From positions 359,910,001 to 359,974,000 of the forward strand of contig NW_027362769.1 in NCBI RefSeq assembly GCF_046119375.1: 64,000 bases of DNA. The letters are read 5' to 3'. Below, piece by piece: positions 26,834-40,428 of this stretch. The notes under the pieces are model-generated. The model searched no databases and was not told the DNA's origin. It saw nothing but the letters and a program-made list of their open reading frames with translations. Position 1 is the stretch's first letter. The number at the start of each line of letters is the position of its first letter. The translations under genes and the position numbers were made by a program. The stretch is from Phyllobates terribilis. Its lineage: Eukaryota.

Positions 26834-28507
26834 TGTAACATCCCTGGCGGCGTGCTTGCATAGTGCACCACCTCCCACTATGCAAGACCGCAATCTTACC
26901 TGTCAGTCCAGCCTGCAAACCTTGCTCCAGTTCATGCTGTATGCATGTCTCTTGACTGACTGCTTAGGGCGGTGGCCCGGTTACTTCCTGATTCTTATAG
27001 CTGCTGTGGGCGCACCCCTAATGCGTCTCCAGCCTATTGCTGAGAGTCACTGGATATTTAAACCCCCTCCACCCAGAAGGAGGGGCCTGAGCAACACCTT
27101 CACTCAGTTTGTCTTTGCAACTGAATTGCCAGGTCCTGTCCTGTATCTTGTCTGTTTCCGCCACTCTGGGGGCTGCATACCCAGACCTGATATCTCTGAC
27201 TTCTAGTCTGTTTCCGCCACTCTGGGGGCTGTATACCCAGGCCTGTTAACTGTGACTTCTAGTCTGTTTCCGCCACTCTGGGGGCTGTATACCCAGGCTC
27301 GTTCTTGTATCTCATTGCAGTAGCAATTCCTGTCTGAACTGTATCCTAGCCTGTTACCTGTTTGTCTCTATGTCCGTACCTTCCCTTTTCCTGCAGTATC
27401 TGAACCTGCACCTAACTCCTACTCGTTGTCTCTGTACTTCTGTTTGTGAGTTTTGTGTCCACTCGCTACTTCATAGTAAGTACCTTGTGTGTATCTGGTT
27501 CGGCTTGTCCCTTTTCCCTTCCTCCGTATCTTCTTCCATTTGTTCTAGCCATCTTCCTGTGCTTTCCAGTCTGTTACATGTGAAGAGAGCCCTGTCCTCT
27601 CTGCCTGCACCTTCAGCCCTCTCTGCTCTGACTTGCTCACCGTGCCAGCAGTTTCTCTCTGCTCTGCCTTGTCCACCGCACCTGCGGTTTCGCTCTGCTC
27701 AGCCTTGTCCACCGCACCTGCGGTTTCGCTCTGCTTTACCTCGTCGACCGCACCTGCGGTTTCGCTCTGCTCTGCCTTGTCCACCGCTCCGGCGGTTCCT
27801 CTCTGCTCTGCCTTGCCCACCGCACCTGCGGTTTTTGCTCCGCTCTGCTTGCTCACCGCACCAGCTGTTCCTCTCTGCTCTGCCTTGTCCTCCGCTCCGG
27901 CGGTTTCGCCTTACTCTGCTTGACTACCCCATCTGCTGCTCTGAACCTGTCTCCCAGTCTGTACTGGACCCTATCCAGCCTGCGCTCCAACCTGCTAGTA
28001 CCTCCCTGTCTGCACTCCAGCCGTGCTTGCCAGTGCCCACCTGTCTGCATACCAGCCGTGCTTGCCAGTGCCCACCTGTCTGCATACCAGCCGTGCTTGC
28101 CAGTGCCCACCTGTCTGCATACCAGCCGTACTTGCCAGTACCCACCTGTCTGCATACCAGCCGTACTTGCCAATACCCACCTGTCTGCATACCGGCCGTG
28201 CTTACCAGTATCCACCTGTCTGCATACCAGCCGTGCCTGCCAATACCCACCTGCCTGTATGCCAGTCTAACCTGCCTGTTCCTGCATTCCCCGGTGTGGG
28301 TCAACAACAGTGACCGGGTCTGACCTGGAGTAGCACTTGGTCCCTCTGCTAGGTTCCTCCTTGGTTCACAGAGTAGACTAAGCCGCCGTGCAACCTTGGT
28401 CGGATCGGGTTGATACTTAGTTATGCCCCTCCAGGCGCTCCTCGGTTCATGGTACAGTGGGATCACTAATCACGCTCTCGCCAGTCAGTCCAGGCGCGAG
28501 CGTAACA
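26834..28507. mobile_element. Long solo-LTR-like insertion (1674 bp) with internal tandem repeats
   Basis: TGTAACA...GTAACA ends; 5-bp TSD TTCTA (26829-26833 / 28508-28512); three internal repeat blocks. Confidence 0.75.
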
Positions 28508-28838
28508 TTCTACACTGCATGAAATGACAAAAAAAAAAACATAGTGCCGCACTACACAGTAACAGTGCTCCAGTGTCATTCTGTGCCTGCTCATCTCTGT
28601 CAGCAGACATATTTGTCTGATGGCAAAGATGTAGCAGAGCTGAAGACAAAGGACCTATGGATTACGTTGGAGTGAGGATTTTTCTTTATTAAAGATGGAG
28701 TCCCTAAATTAGTTTTATTTTTAATAAAAAAAAAATTCTGTCTTTTTTTTTTCTGTTTACTAGAAATTCATTGTGGCTATGTCTAATTTGGCGTGACACC
28801 ATGAATTTCGGGCTTAGTACCAGCTGATAATACAAAGC

Positions 28839-29515
28839 AATAGCAAAAAGAACTTCGGCACTCCATACATGAAAATATAAGAAATATTGTATCTAGACTA
28901 ATGTCACTTTGAAAAATGAAGTTTTTTTGCGCATAATTTGGCCAATTTATGTGTGCCCATCAACCACGACAAGGTCACCTTCGTATGATGGGAAACTACG
29001 CTATGCTACCACTGGATATGCCACTCTTGGGCTGTAAGCCTGTATGGACAATATGTCTCTGCTTGGGCTTTTAACCTACAATGTATGGGCTGGTAGAGCT
29101 AGTTAAAACCACCTGTGACTTAATGGAAGGGACACATGGTCAGAAAAAAGGCTGTCAAACTTCTAATAGTGTGAACACGTACCTGCTGCAATGCTCCAGG
29201 AGCGGGATCCCAAAAATGATTAATAGAAAAAAGAGAGGGGTCGCTCACTGGTCTATTCGGGTGCTCTGAAGAAAAGAGTAATCTCAATAGCAAAAAGAAC
29301 TTCGGCACTCCATACATGAAAATATAAGAAATATTGTATCTAGACTAATGTCACTTTGAAAAATGAAGGTTTTTTGCGCATAATTTGGCCAATTTATGTG
29401 TGCCCATCAACCACGACAAGGTCACCTTCGTATGATGGGAAACTACGCTATGCTACCACTGGATATGCCACTCTTGGGCTGTAAGCCTGTATGGACAATA
29501 TGTTTTTTCTTTTTT
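28839..29515. mobile_element. Small insertion with 219-bp terminal direct repeats and a 15-bp TSD
   Basis: Repeats 28838-29056 and 29285-29503 nearly identical; CTGATAATACAAAGC at 28824-28838 and 29516-29530. Confidence 0.75.
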
Positions 29516-29785
29516 CTGATAATACAAAGCAGGCCTGGTAATAACCCTATTATTACCCAGGGTGCCACTCACCACCAGGGCCGCTGGAAGAGCCGGGTAA
29601 ATCACCTGGAAATGGTGCTATGATGAATGCACCATTTTCAGGGGTGGCTGCAGGCAGCGATTTTCAGCGTGGGGGCCAAGAACGCTTGGGCCTTACCATG
29701 CTGAAAATCCCAGCCCCCAGCTGCCTTGTTTTATCTGGCTGGTGATCAACATATGTCGGGAGCTGGGCAATGGGCATGATTATCA

Positions 29786-32700
29786 AATAATATATACCTG
29801 ACAGGAGCCCATAGATTCTGTTGGCTCCAATAATATATACCTTACAGGAGCCCATAGATTCTGCTGCCTCGAATAATATATACCTGACAGGAGCCCATAG
29901 ATTCTGCTGCCTCCATTAATATATACCTGACAGGAGCCCATAGATTCTGCTGGCTCCAATAATATATACCTGACGGGAGCCCATAGATTCTGCTGGCTCC
30001 AATAATATATACCTGACAGGAGCCCATACATTCTGCTGCCTCGAATAATATATACCTGACAGGAGCCCAAACATTCTGCTGCCTCGAATAATATATACCT
30101 GACAGGAGCCCATAGATTCTGCTGCCTCCAATAATGTATACCTGACAGGAGCCCATGCATTCTCCTGCCTCCAATAATATATACCTGAAAGGAGCCCATA
30201 GATTCTGCTGCCTCCAATAATATATACCTGACAGGAGCCCATAGATTCTGCTGCCTCCAATAATATATACCTGACAGGAGCCCATAGGTTCTGCTCCCTC
30301 CAATAATATCGTTAACAATCCCGAAAAGTAGGAAGCATGGGAAGCATTTAAGGAAACCAGGATGAATGAACACAGAACTTAAACACATGCTAAAAAAGAA
30401 AGGAAGAAATGTTTATCATATGGAAAGAGGGAGGCATATCTATAGAAGATTATAATGCAGTCTGCAGATCCTGTAGGGCACGTATCAGGTTAGCTAAAGG
30501 TGACAATGAATTAAGGCTTGCAAGAGATGTCAAAAGCAATAAAAAAGGATTTTGGGGGTATGTCAAAAGTAAAAGAAAAGTCAAAGATGCTATAGGATTT
30601 TTACAGGATGAAAATGGTGAAATGGTAAGAAAGGATGTTGAGAAGGCCGAACTTTTTAATTCCTATTTTGCATCTCTTTTCTCTCAGAAAGAAAATGTAA
30701 CATTAACTGATCTTCACTGTCCTATTAAAGGAAAAGAAGAATCCAAGTTATCTGTAAACAGAGAGATTGTGAAGGAATATTTAGCTAACATAAATGAGTT
30801 CAAGTCTCCAGGTCCAGACGAATTACACCCCAGAGTACTGAAGGAGATCGTAGAAGAAATTTTAGATCCACTCTCCATAATCTTTGAAAATTCTTGGAGA
30901 ACAGGAGAAGTCCCAGAAGACTGGAGAAGAGCAAATGTTGTTCCTATCTTCAAAAAAGGGAAGAAGGTGGACCCAGGGAACTATAGGCCGGTAAGTCTGA
31001 CTTCTATACCAGGAAAGATCTTTGACAAATTATTAAACAATATGTATGTAAGTACCTGGATAAGAATGAAGTGATTAACCAGAGTCAGCATGGGTTTGTA
31101 ACTAACAAGTCATGTCAGACTAACATAATTTCCTTCTATGACAGAATCACTGACTGGGTGGATCAGGGAAATGCTGTAAATATAGTATATCTTGACTTCA
31201 GCAAAGCATTTGACAAAGTATCTCACACCATCCTTATTCAAAAAATTACCAAGTATGGAATGGACAAGGCAACTGTTAGGTGGATTCATAACTGGCTTAG
31301 TGATCGGACTCAAAGAGTGGTCGTAATTGGCTTCACATCCAGTTGGATGAATGTCTCAAGTGGGGTACCACAGGGTTCTGTCCTGGGACCTGTATTGTTC
31401 AACATCTTTATCAATGATTTAGATGAAGGAATTGAGGGTAAACTGATTAAATTTGCTGATGACACAAAGCTAGGAGGGATAGCTAATACTTGAAAAGAGA
31501 GAGAGAGGATTCAAAAAGACCTAAATAAACTGGAGCATTGGGCAGTAACTAACAGTATGGTTTTTAACAGGGAAAAATGCAAAGTACTATATCTGGGCAA
31601 TAAAAAAGAAAAAAGCATATACAAAATGGGAGGAATAGAGCTAAGCAACAGTACATGTGAAAAGACTTGGGTATACTAATAGATCATAGACTGAACATGA
31701 GTCAACAGTGTGATGCAGCAGCAAAAAAGTCAAATACAATTCTGGGATGTATTAACAGAAGCATACAGTCTAGATCACGTGAAGTCGTTATCGGACTTTA
31801 CTTTTCTTTGGTCAGACCTCATCTGGAATACTGCGTCCAGTTTTGGGCACCACATTTTAAAAAAGACATCGACAAACTGGAGCAAGTTCAGAGAAGAACG
31901 ACCAGAATGATGACCGGTCTGCAAACCATGTCCTATGAGGAATGGTTACAGGATTTGGGAATGTTTAGCTTGCAAAAAAGAAGACTGAGAGGAGACTTAA
32001 TAGCTGTCTACAAATATCTCAAGGGCTGTCACATTGTAGAAGGATCATCTTTATTCTCATTTGCACAAGGAAAGACTAGAAGCAATGGGATGAAACTGAT
32101 TGGGAGGAGACACAGATTAGATATTCGAAAAAACTTTTTGACAGTGAGGGTGATCAATGAGTGGAACAGGCTGCCACGAGAGGTGGTGAGTTCCCCTTCA
32201 ATGGACGTCTTCAAACAGAGGCTGGACAGATATCTGTCTGAGATGATTTAGCGAATCCTGCTTTGAGCAGTAGGTTGGACCAGATGACCCAGGAGGTCCC
32301 CTCCAACTCTACCATTCTATGAATATATACCTGACAGGAGCCCATAGATTCTTCTGGCTCCAATAATATATACCTGACAAGAGCCCATAGATTCTGCTGG
32401 CTCCAATAATAAATACCTGACAGAAGCCCAAACATTCTGCAGGCTCCAATAATATATACCTGACAGGAGCCCATACATTCTCCTGCCTACAATAATATAT
32501 ACCTGACAGGAGCCCATAGATTCTCCTGCCTCCAATAATATATACTTGGTAGAAGCCCATACATTCTGCTGGCTCTAATAATATATACCTGACAGGAGCC
32601 CATAGATTCTGCTGCCTCCAATAATATATACCTGACAGGAGCCCATAGATTCTGCTGCCTCCAATAATATATACCTGATAGGAGCCCATACATTCTCCTG

Positions 32701-35700
32701 CCTCCAATAATATATACCTGACAGGAGCCCATAGATTCTGCTGCCTCCAATAATATATACCTGACAGGAGACCACACATTCTCCTGCCTCCAATAATATA
32801 TACCTGACAGGAGCCCATACATTCTGCTGCCTCCAATAATATATACCTGGTAGGAGCCCATACATTCTCCTGCCTCCAATAATATATACCTGACAGGAGC
32901 CCATAGATTCTGCTGCCTCCAATAATATATACCTGACAGGAGACCACACAATCTCCTGCCTCCAATAATATATACCTGACAGGAGCCCATAGATTCTGCT
33001 GCTTCCAATAATATATACCTGGCAGGAGCCCATACATTCTCCTGCCTTCAATAATATATACCTGAAAGGAGTCCATAGATTCTCCTGCCTCCAATAATAT
33101 ATACCCGACAAGAGCCCATACATTCTGCTGCCTCCAATAATATATACCTGGTAGGAGCCCATACATTCTCCTACCTCCAATAATATATACCTGACAGGAG
33201 CCCATAGATTCTGCTGCCTCCAATAATATATACCTGACAGGAGTCCATACATTCTCCTGCCTCCAATAATATATACCTGACAGGAGCCCATACATTCTGC
33301 TGCCTCCAATAATATATACCTGACAGGAGTCCATACATTCTCCTGCCTCCAATAATATATACCTGACAGGAGCCCATAGATTCTGCTGCCTCCAATAATA
33401 TATACCTGACAGGAGCCCATACATTCTCCTGCCTCCAATAATATATACCTGACAGGAGCCCATACATTCTGCTGCCTCCAATAATATATACCTGACAGGA
33501 GTCCATACATTCTCCTGCCTCCAATAATATATACCTGACAGGAGCCCAAAGATTCTCCAGCCTCCAATAATATATACCTGAAAGGAGTCCATACATTCTC
33601 CTGCCTCCAATAATATATACCTGACAGGAGCCCAAAGATTCTCCAGCCTCCAATAATATATACCTGAAAGGAGTCCATACATTCTACTGCCTCCAATAAT
33701 ATATACCTGACAGGAGCCCATACATTCTCCTGCCTCCAATAATATATACCTAATATATACCTGACAGGAGCCCATAGATTCTGCTGCCTCCAATAATATA
33801 TACCTGACATGAGCCCATATACTCTGCTACCTCAAAAAATAAATACCTGACAGGAGCCTATAGATTCTGCTTCCTCCAATAATATATACCTGACAGGAGC
33901 CCAAACATTCTGCTGTCTCCAATAATATATACCTGACAGGAGCCCAAAGATTCTGCTGCCTCCAATAATATATACCTGACAGGAGCCCATACGTTCTCCT
34001 GCCTCCAATATTATATACCTGGTAGGAGCCAATACATTCTCCTGCCTCCAATAATATATACCTGACAATATACCGACAGGAGCCCATAGATTCTCCTGCC
34101 TCCAATAATATATACTTGGTAGGAGCCCATACATCTGCTGGCTACAATCATATAAACCTGATAGGAGCCCATAGATTCTTCTGCCTCCAATAATATATAC
34201 CTTGTAGGAGCCCATGCATTCTCCTGCCTCCAATAATATATACCTGACAGGAGCCCATAGATTCTGCTGCATCCAATAATATATACCTGACAGGAGCCCA
34301 TAGATTCTGCTGGCTCCAATAATATATACCTGACAGGAGCCCATAGATTCTGCTGCCTCCAATAATATATACCTGACAGGAGCCCATAGATTCTGCTGGC
34401 TCCAATAATATATACCTGACAGGAGCCCATAGATTCTGCTGCCTCCAATAATATATACCTGACAGGAGCCCATAGATTCTGCTGGATCCAATAATATATA
34501 CCTGACAGAAGCCCATAGATTCTGCTGCCTCCAATAAAATATACCTGACAGGAGCCCATAGAATCTGCTGCCTCCTATAATATACACCGGGTAGGAGCCC
34601 ATATATTCTGCTGGCTCCAATAATATATACCTGACAGGAGCCCATCGATTCTGCTGCCTCCAATAATATATACCTGACAGGAGCCCATACACTCTGCTGC
34701 TCCAATAATATATACCTGACAGGAGCCCATAAATTCTTCTGCCTCCAATAATTTATACCTGACAGGAGTCCATACATTCTCTTGCCTCCAATAATATATA
34801 CCTGACAGGAGCCCATACATTCTCCTGCCTCCAATAATATATACCTGACAGGAGTCCATACATTCTGCTGCCTCCAATAATATATACCTGACGGGAGCCC
34901 ATACATTCTGCTGCCTCCAATAATATATACCTGACAGGAGCCCATAGATTCTGCTGCCTCCAATAATATATACCCGACAGGACCCATACATTCTGCTGCC
35001 TCCAATAATATATACCTGACAGGACCCATACATTCTGCTGCCTCCAATAATATATATCTGACAGGATCCCATACATTCTACTGCCTCCAATAATATATAC
35101 CTGACAAGTCTAATACATTCTTCTGCCTCCAATAATATATACGTGACAGGATCCCATACATTCTGCTGCCTCCAATAATATATACCTGACAGGAGCCCAT
35201 AGATTCTGCTGCCTCCAATAATATATACCCGACAGGACCCATACATTCTGCTGCCTCCAATAATATATACCTGACAGGAGCCCATAGAGTCTGCTGCCTC
35301 CAATAATATATACCTGACAGGATCCCATACATTCTCTTGCCTCCAATAATATATACCTGACAGGAGCCCATACATTCTGCTGCCTCCAATAATATATACC
35401 TGACAGGATCCCATACATTCTCTTGCCTCCAATAATATATACCTGACAGTAGCCCATACATTCTGTTCCCTCCAATAATATATACCTGACAGGACCCATA
35501 CATTTTGCTGCCTCCAATAATATATACCTGACAGGATCCCATACATTCTGCTGCCTCCAATAATATATACCTGACAGGAGCCCATAGAGTCTGCTGCCTC
35601 CAATAATATATACCTGACAGGAGCCCATAGATTCTGCTGCCTCCAATAATATATACCTGACAGGAGCCCATAGATTCTGCTGCCTCCAATAATATATACC

Positions 35701-36670
35701 TGACAGGAGCCCATACATTCTGCTGCCTCCAATAATATATACCTGACAGAAGCCCATAGATTCTACTGCCTTCAATAATATATACCTGACAGGAGCCCAT
35801 ACATTCCCCTGCCTCCAATAATATATACCTGACAGGAACCCATAGATTCTGCTGCCTCCAATAATATATACCTGACAGGAGCCCATAGATTCTGCTGCCT
35901 CCAATAATATATACTTGATAGGAGCCCATAGATTCTGCTGGCTCCAATAATATATACCTGACAGGAGCCCATAGATTCTGCTGCCTCCAATAATATATAC
36001 CTGACAGAAGCCCATAGATTCTACTGCCTTCAATAATATATACCTGACAGGAGCCCATACATTCCCCTGCCTCCAATAATATATACCTGACAGGAGCCCA
36101 TACATTCTGCTGCCTCCAATAATATATACCTGACAGGAGCCCATACATTCTACTGCCTCCAATAATATATACCTGACAGGACCCATACATTTTGCTGCCT
36201 CCAATAATATTTACCTGACAGAAGCCCATAGATTCTACTGCCTTCAATAATATATACCTGACAGGAGCCCATACATTCCCCTGCCTCCAATAATATATAC
36301 CTGACAGGAGCCCATAGATTCTGCTGCCTCCAATAATATATACCTGACAGGAGCCCATAGATTCTGCTGCCTCCAATAATATATACTTGATAGGAGCCCA
36401 TAGATTCTGCTGGCTCCAATAATATATACCTGACAGGAGCCCATAGATTCTGCTGCCTCCAATAATGTATAGCTGACAGAAGCCCATAGATTCTACTGCC
36501 TTCATTAATATATACCTGACAGGAGCCCATACATTCCCCTGCCTCCAATAATATATACCTGACAGGAGCCCATAGATTCTGATGCCTCCAATAATATATA
36601 CCTGGTAGGAGCCCATACATTCTCCTGCCTCCAATAATATATTCATGGTAGGAGCCAATAGATTCTGCTG
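29786..36670. repeat. 43-bp minisatellite, about 110 units, interrupted by CR1
   Basis: TATATACCTGACAGGAGCCCATA(G/C)ATTCTGCTGCCTCCAATAA. Confidence 0.97.
30308..32321 (+). mobile_element. CR1 LINE, second copy, 5'-truncated
   Basis: Very similar to about 22911-24890; same RT motifs; ends ACCATTCTATG. Confidence 0.95.
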
Positions 36671-37006
36671 CCGCTGCCTCGGGCGACGCCGCGTCCGACC
36701 TCCACAGTGCGCACAGGAAGCAGTCCTAGGGAGATAACGTCATCGCCCTGAGACTGACCTCCTGCGCACGGACCGGCAGTGTTGCACTGCGCATAGGAGG
36801 CAGAGGATCACTGCCGTAGCAGGCAGAGGAGGGAGATCGCTCTCCCTGCTTTGACGTTGCAGAGGGCCCATCACTAATCATATCGGCAGTGCTGCCGATA
36901 TGATTAGCGAACCAGGGGGGCAGGTTGTGGGGCTTGGGGGCGTCGCCATCGGGACTCGGGGCCCACCCGGGGTTTTCCCGATCCTCCGGAGGGCCAGTCC
37001 ACCCTG

Positions 37007-39263
37007 CCTACAGCCTCTCCCCACATCTACTCAATCATCCTCCTCCATAACCACGTTCTCTACCATTACGGAAGATCAACTTTCCTATTTACTTTCCAAA
37101 TCACACCTCACCACCTGTGAACTTGACCCAATCTCGTCCCACCTCATCCCAAACCTTACCACTATCTTCATCCCAACCTTAGCCCACCTTTTCAACTTGT
37201 CATCAACAACTGGCGTCTTTCCCTCATACTTCAAACATGCCTCGATCACACCCAACCTCAAAAAGCCCTCCCTTGACCTATCCTCTCTGACTAGCTATCG
37301 ACCCATATCACTTGTCCCCTATGCCTCAAAACTACTGGAACAACACGTTCATTCTGAACTGTCCTCCCACCTCTCCTCCTGCTCCCTCTTCAACCACCTA
37401 CAATCTGGTTTCCAATCGCACAATTTTACTGAAACTGCACTGACTAAGGTCACCAATGTTGTGGTGACCCTTCTTTGTTATTAGGGAGAACTTTGGAATA
37501 GACAGCAAAGGGTCTTCACATTGCCAGTGAGATTCAAATTAAAATACTTCATCGATGAAGGGAGAGAGACAAAATGCATGCGATATGCATTGTCAGCAGG
37601 TAGAGTCTTCTGTGTGGCAGCTAAGACTCACCACCTTTATTAGCTAGACAAAACGGAACTACAATTGTTACATACAACTGAACAGGAAACCAAAATAGAC
37701 AATCAGTGATAACACACTTACCTTGGCCCAACGTAAACCTTCTTGTCAGGGAATTCACAGGAAACCAGTATCTTAGTCAGAGATTCCATGATGCAAGTTT
37801 TAAGCAGAGGCTTCAGACTTAGCAAAAATATAAATTGTTTTCCTAAATAAATAATGAAGCTAGATATAAAATATTAACCATAACACCAATGGCCTACTAA
37901 CAGCCAATCCAAGCTACACTATTCTGTCCTCCTCCTCCTGGACCTGTCATCTGCCTTTGACACAGTGGACCATTCCCTCTTACTCCAGACTCTCTCATCT
38001 CTCGGCATCACAGACTTGGCCCTATCCTGGATCTCCTCATACCTAACAGACCGGACATTCAGTGTCTCCCACTCACACGCCACTTCCTCATCTCACCCTT
38101 TATCTGTCGGTGTCCCTCAAGGTTCAGTTCTAGGACCCTTACTCTTCTCCATCTACACCTTAGGCCTGGGACAGCTCATAGAGTCTCACGGCTTTCAGTA
38201 TCACCTCTATGCCGACGACACAGAAATCTACCTCTCTGAACCCGATATCTCCTCCATACTAACCAAAATCCCACAATGTCTGTCCGCTATTTCATCCTTA
38301 TTCTCTGCTAGATTTCTAAAACTTAACATGGACAAAACAGAATTCATCATCTTTCCCCATCTCAACCCCCCCAACTGAACTATCTATCAATGTCAATGGC
38401 TGTCCACTCTCCCCAGTCCCTCAAGCTCACTGCCTTGGGGTAACCCTGGACTCTAATCTCTCCTTCAAACCACATATCCAAGTCAGTTACACTTCCTGCC
38501 GACTCCAACTTAAAAATATCTCTCAGATCCGCACATTCCTCAACCATGAATCTGCGAACACACTAGTGCATGCCCTCATCTCCTGCCTCGACTACTGCAA
38601 CCTCCTGCTCTGTGGCCTCCCTTCCAACACTCTCGCACCCCTCCAATCTATCCTAAGCTCTGCTCCCCGACTAATCTACCTGTCCCCCTGCTATTCCACA
38701 GGCTCTCCTCTCTGTCAATCTCTTCACTGGCTCTCCATTGCTCAGAGACTCCAGTTCAAAACCCTAACCATGGCATACAAAGCCATCCACAGTCTGTCTC
38801 CTCCATATATCTCTGACCTAGTCTCCCGGTACATACCCGCACGCAACCTCCGATCCTCACAACATCTCCTTCTCTACTCCTCTCTTATCTCCTCCTGTCT
38901 CAATCGCATACAAGATTTCTCCTGTGCATCCACCCTACTCTGGAACTGTCTACCCCAACATATCAGACTCTCGCCTACCATGGAAACCTTCAAAAGGAAC
39001 CTGAACCCACCTCTTCCGACAAGCCTACAACCTGCAGTAACCCTCGCTCCACCATACCACTCCACTACCAGCCCTACCCTCAACTACTGTATCCTCGCCA
39101 ATCCCTTGTAGATTGTGAGCCCTCGTGGGCAGGGTCCTTGCTCCTCCTGTACCAGTCGCTGTCACGTTTTGTTCAAGATTATTGTAATTGTTTTTGCTAT
39201 TTATTCCCCTTTTTTCACATGTAATGCGCCATGGAATAAATGGCGCTATAATAAATAATAATA
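37007..39263 (+). mobile_element. L2-type LINE, RT region and 3' tail
   Basis: [51 protein letters not shown]; tail GCGCCATGGAATAAATGGCGCT(AAT)n. Confidence 0.92.
37457..37885. mobile_element. Solo LTR (429 bp) inserted in L2
   Basis: TGTTGTGG...CCATAACA; 4-bp TSD CCAA; L2 sequence resumes after it. Confidence 0.8.
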
Positions 39264-39499
39264 TTAATTTTAAAATAAATAAAAAAATAAATACATACTT
39301 ACCGCTCCTCATTCTCCGCTGCTTCCGTCTCTGCAGCACGTCTCTCTCATCACCTCAGCCGCTGCCAGCTCCACTCTCTGACACAGCGTGGTGCGTCATC
39401 ATGCCGCTGCGTCAGACTAGGGAGGAGGAATGATCGGAGAGGGAGTGTCACATGACGCAGAGAAAAATAGTTTTACAACACAGGACCCAGCCTGCCTCT

Positions 39500-39800
39500 T
39501 CATCCTTCATATATGCAGACATGCCTGCACACACACAGTACGCAGACATGCACACACACACACAGTACGCAGACATGCACACACACACACTCACAGTACG
39601 CAGACATGCACATACACACACAGTACGCAGTTATGCAAGCACACGGTAAGCATACATACACACACGTGCACATGGTACACAGATATGTACACATATAATA
39701 AGCAGACACGTGCATACAGGCATACGTACATATTTGAACACATTCTTTAAAACACATAAAACAGACATAAATATGTATACACAGTCATACACACACACAC
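39500..39800. repeat. CA-rich degenerate tandem repeat
   Basis: CACACACAGTACGCAGACATG units. Confidence 0.8.
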
Positions 39801-39984
39801 GTTAAAATTATTTTTATCATGGGGTTTGGGGAAGCCGGCAACAAACCTCACTCACCTGCCTTGGTCTGTGTCCTGTCCAGCAACTCCTCAGGCATGAGTC
39901 AGTGCAGTGCTGCTAGCGTGTCACAGATATGACCCTGGACCATCAGGGGTCCCACTCGCCATCGGGCCCGGACCGCTTCCACGG

Positions 39985-40230
39985 CATCTGTGTAGGACTA
40001 CTGGCGCTGCTTGATTGCCGTCACTTCGCCTGACATGGCCATGCACAGTGCACTGTGCGGCTGTGTCGGGTAGTAATGCTGTGGTGGGGCGATACACAAG
40101 CACAATTATAGGCGCAGTGTCACCCCTGCCTTGTCATTACTAGCAGACACAGCCGCACAGTGCACTGCGCATAGCCTTGTCAGGTGAAGTGCCGGTAATC
40201 AAGCAGCGCCAGAGGTCCTGCACAGATTAA
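39985..40230. repeat. Imperfect inverted repeat, MITE-like
   Basis: CTGGCGCTGCTTGATT...GCACAGTGCACTGTGCGGCTGTGTC / GACACAGCCGCACAGTGCACTGC...AATCAAGCAGCGCCAG. Confidence 0.7.
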
Positions 40231-40378
40231 ATGAGTCCTCTGCAGCAAATCATACAGTGGAGCAAGGATCATGTACACAGATAGATCTATATACCGTCTG
40301 GTACACAGGTGTCAGCAGACCCTAGTGTGGACCATCGCCTGCTATCTGCGGTGCGGGCTCTTATGAGGAGGATGTGGT

Positions 40379-40394
40379 GGCTCTTAGAAGAGCC
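40379..40394 (-). terminator. Histone stem-loop (H2A pseudogene)
   Basis: Minus strand GGCTCT-TCTA-AGAGCC. Confidence 0.9.
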
Positions 40395-40428
40395 TTTAGT
40401 TGTTCTGACAGATGTGGAGGAGCGGCGC

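Larger units (their letters stand above)
17900..37006 (-). mobile_element. hAT DNA transposon remnant enlarged to 19.1 kb by nested insertions
   Basis: TIR CAGAGCCGGACTGG vs CAGGGTGGACTGG (reverse complement); 8-bp TSD CCCACAGC (17892-17899) / CCTACAGC (37007-37014); transposase C-terminus inside. Confidence 0.75.

Noticed and set aside
29255-29310. Hammerhead ribozyme in the direct-repeat element
   Set aside because: CTGAAGA is present but no correctly placed GAAA or stems by eye; needs a covariance-model search.
29783-36658. Many overlapping 100-500-aa ORFs
   Set aside because: By-products of the 43-bp array.
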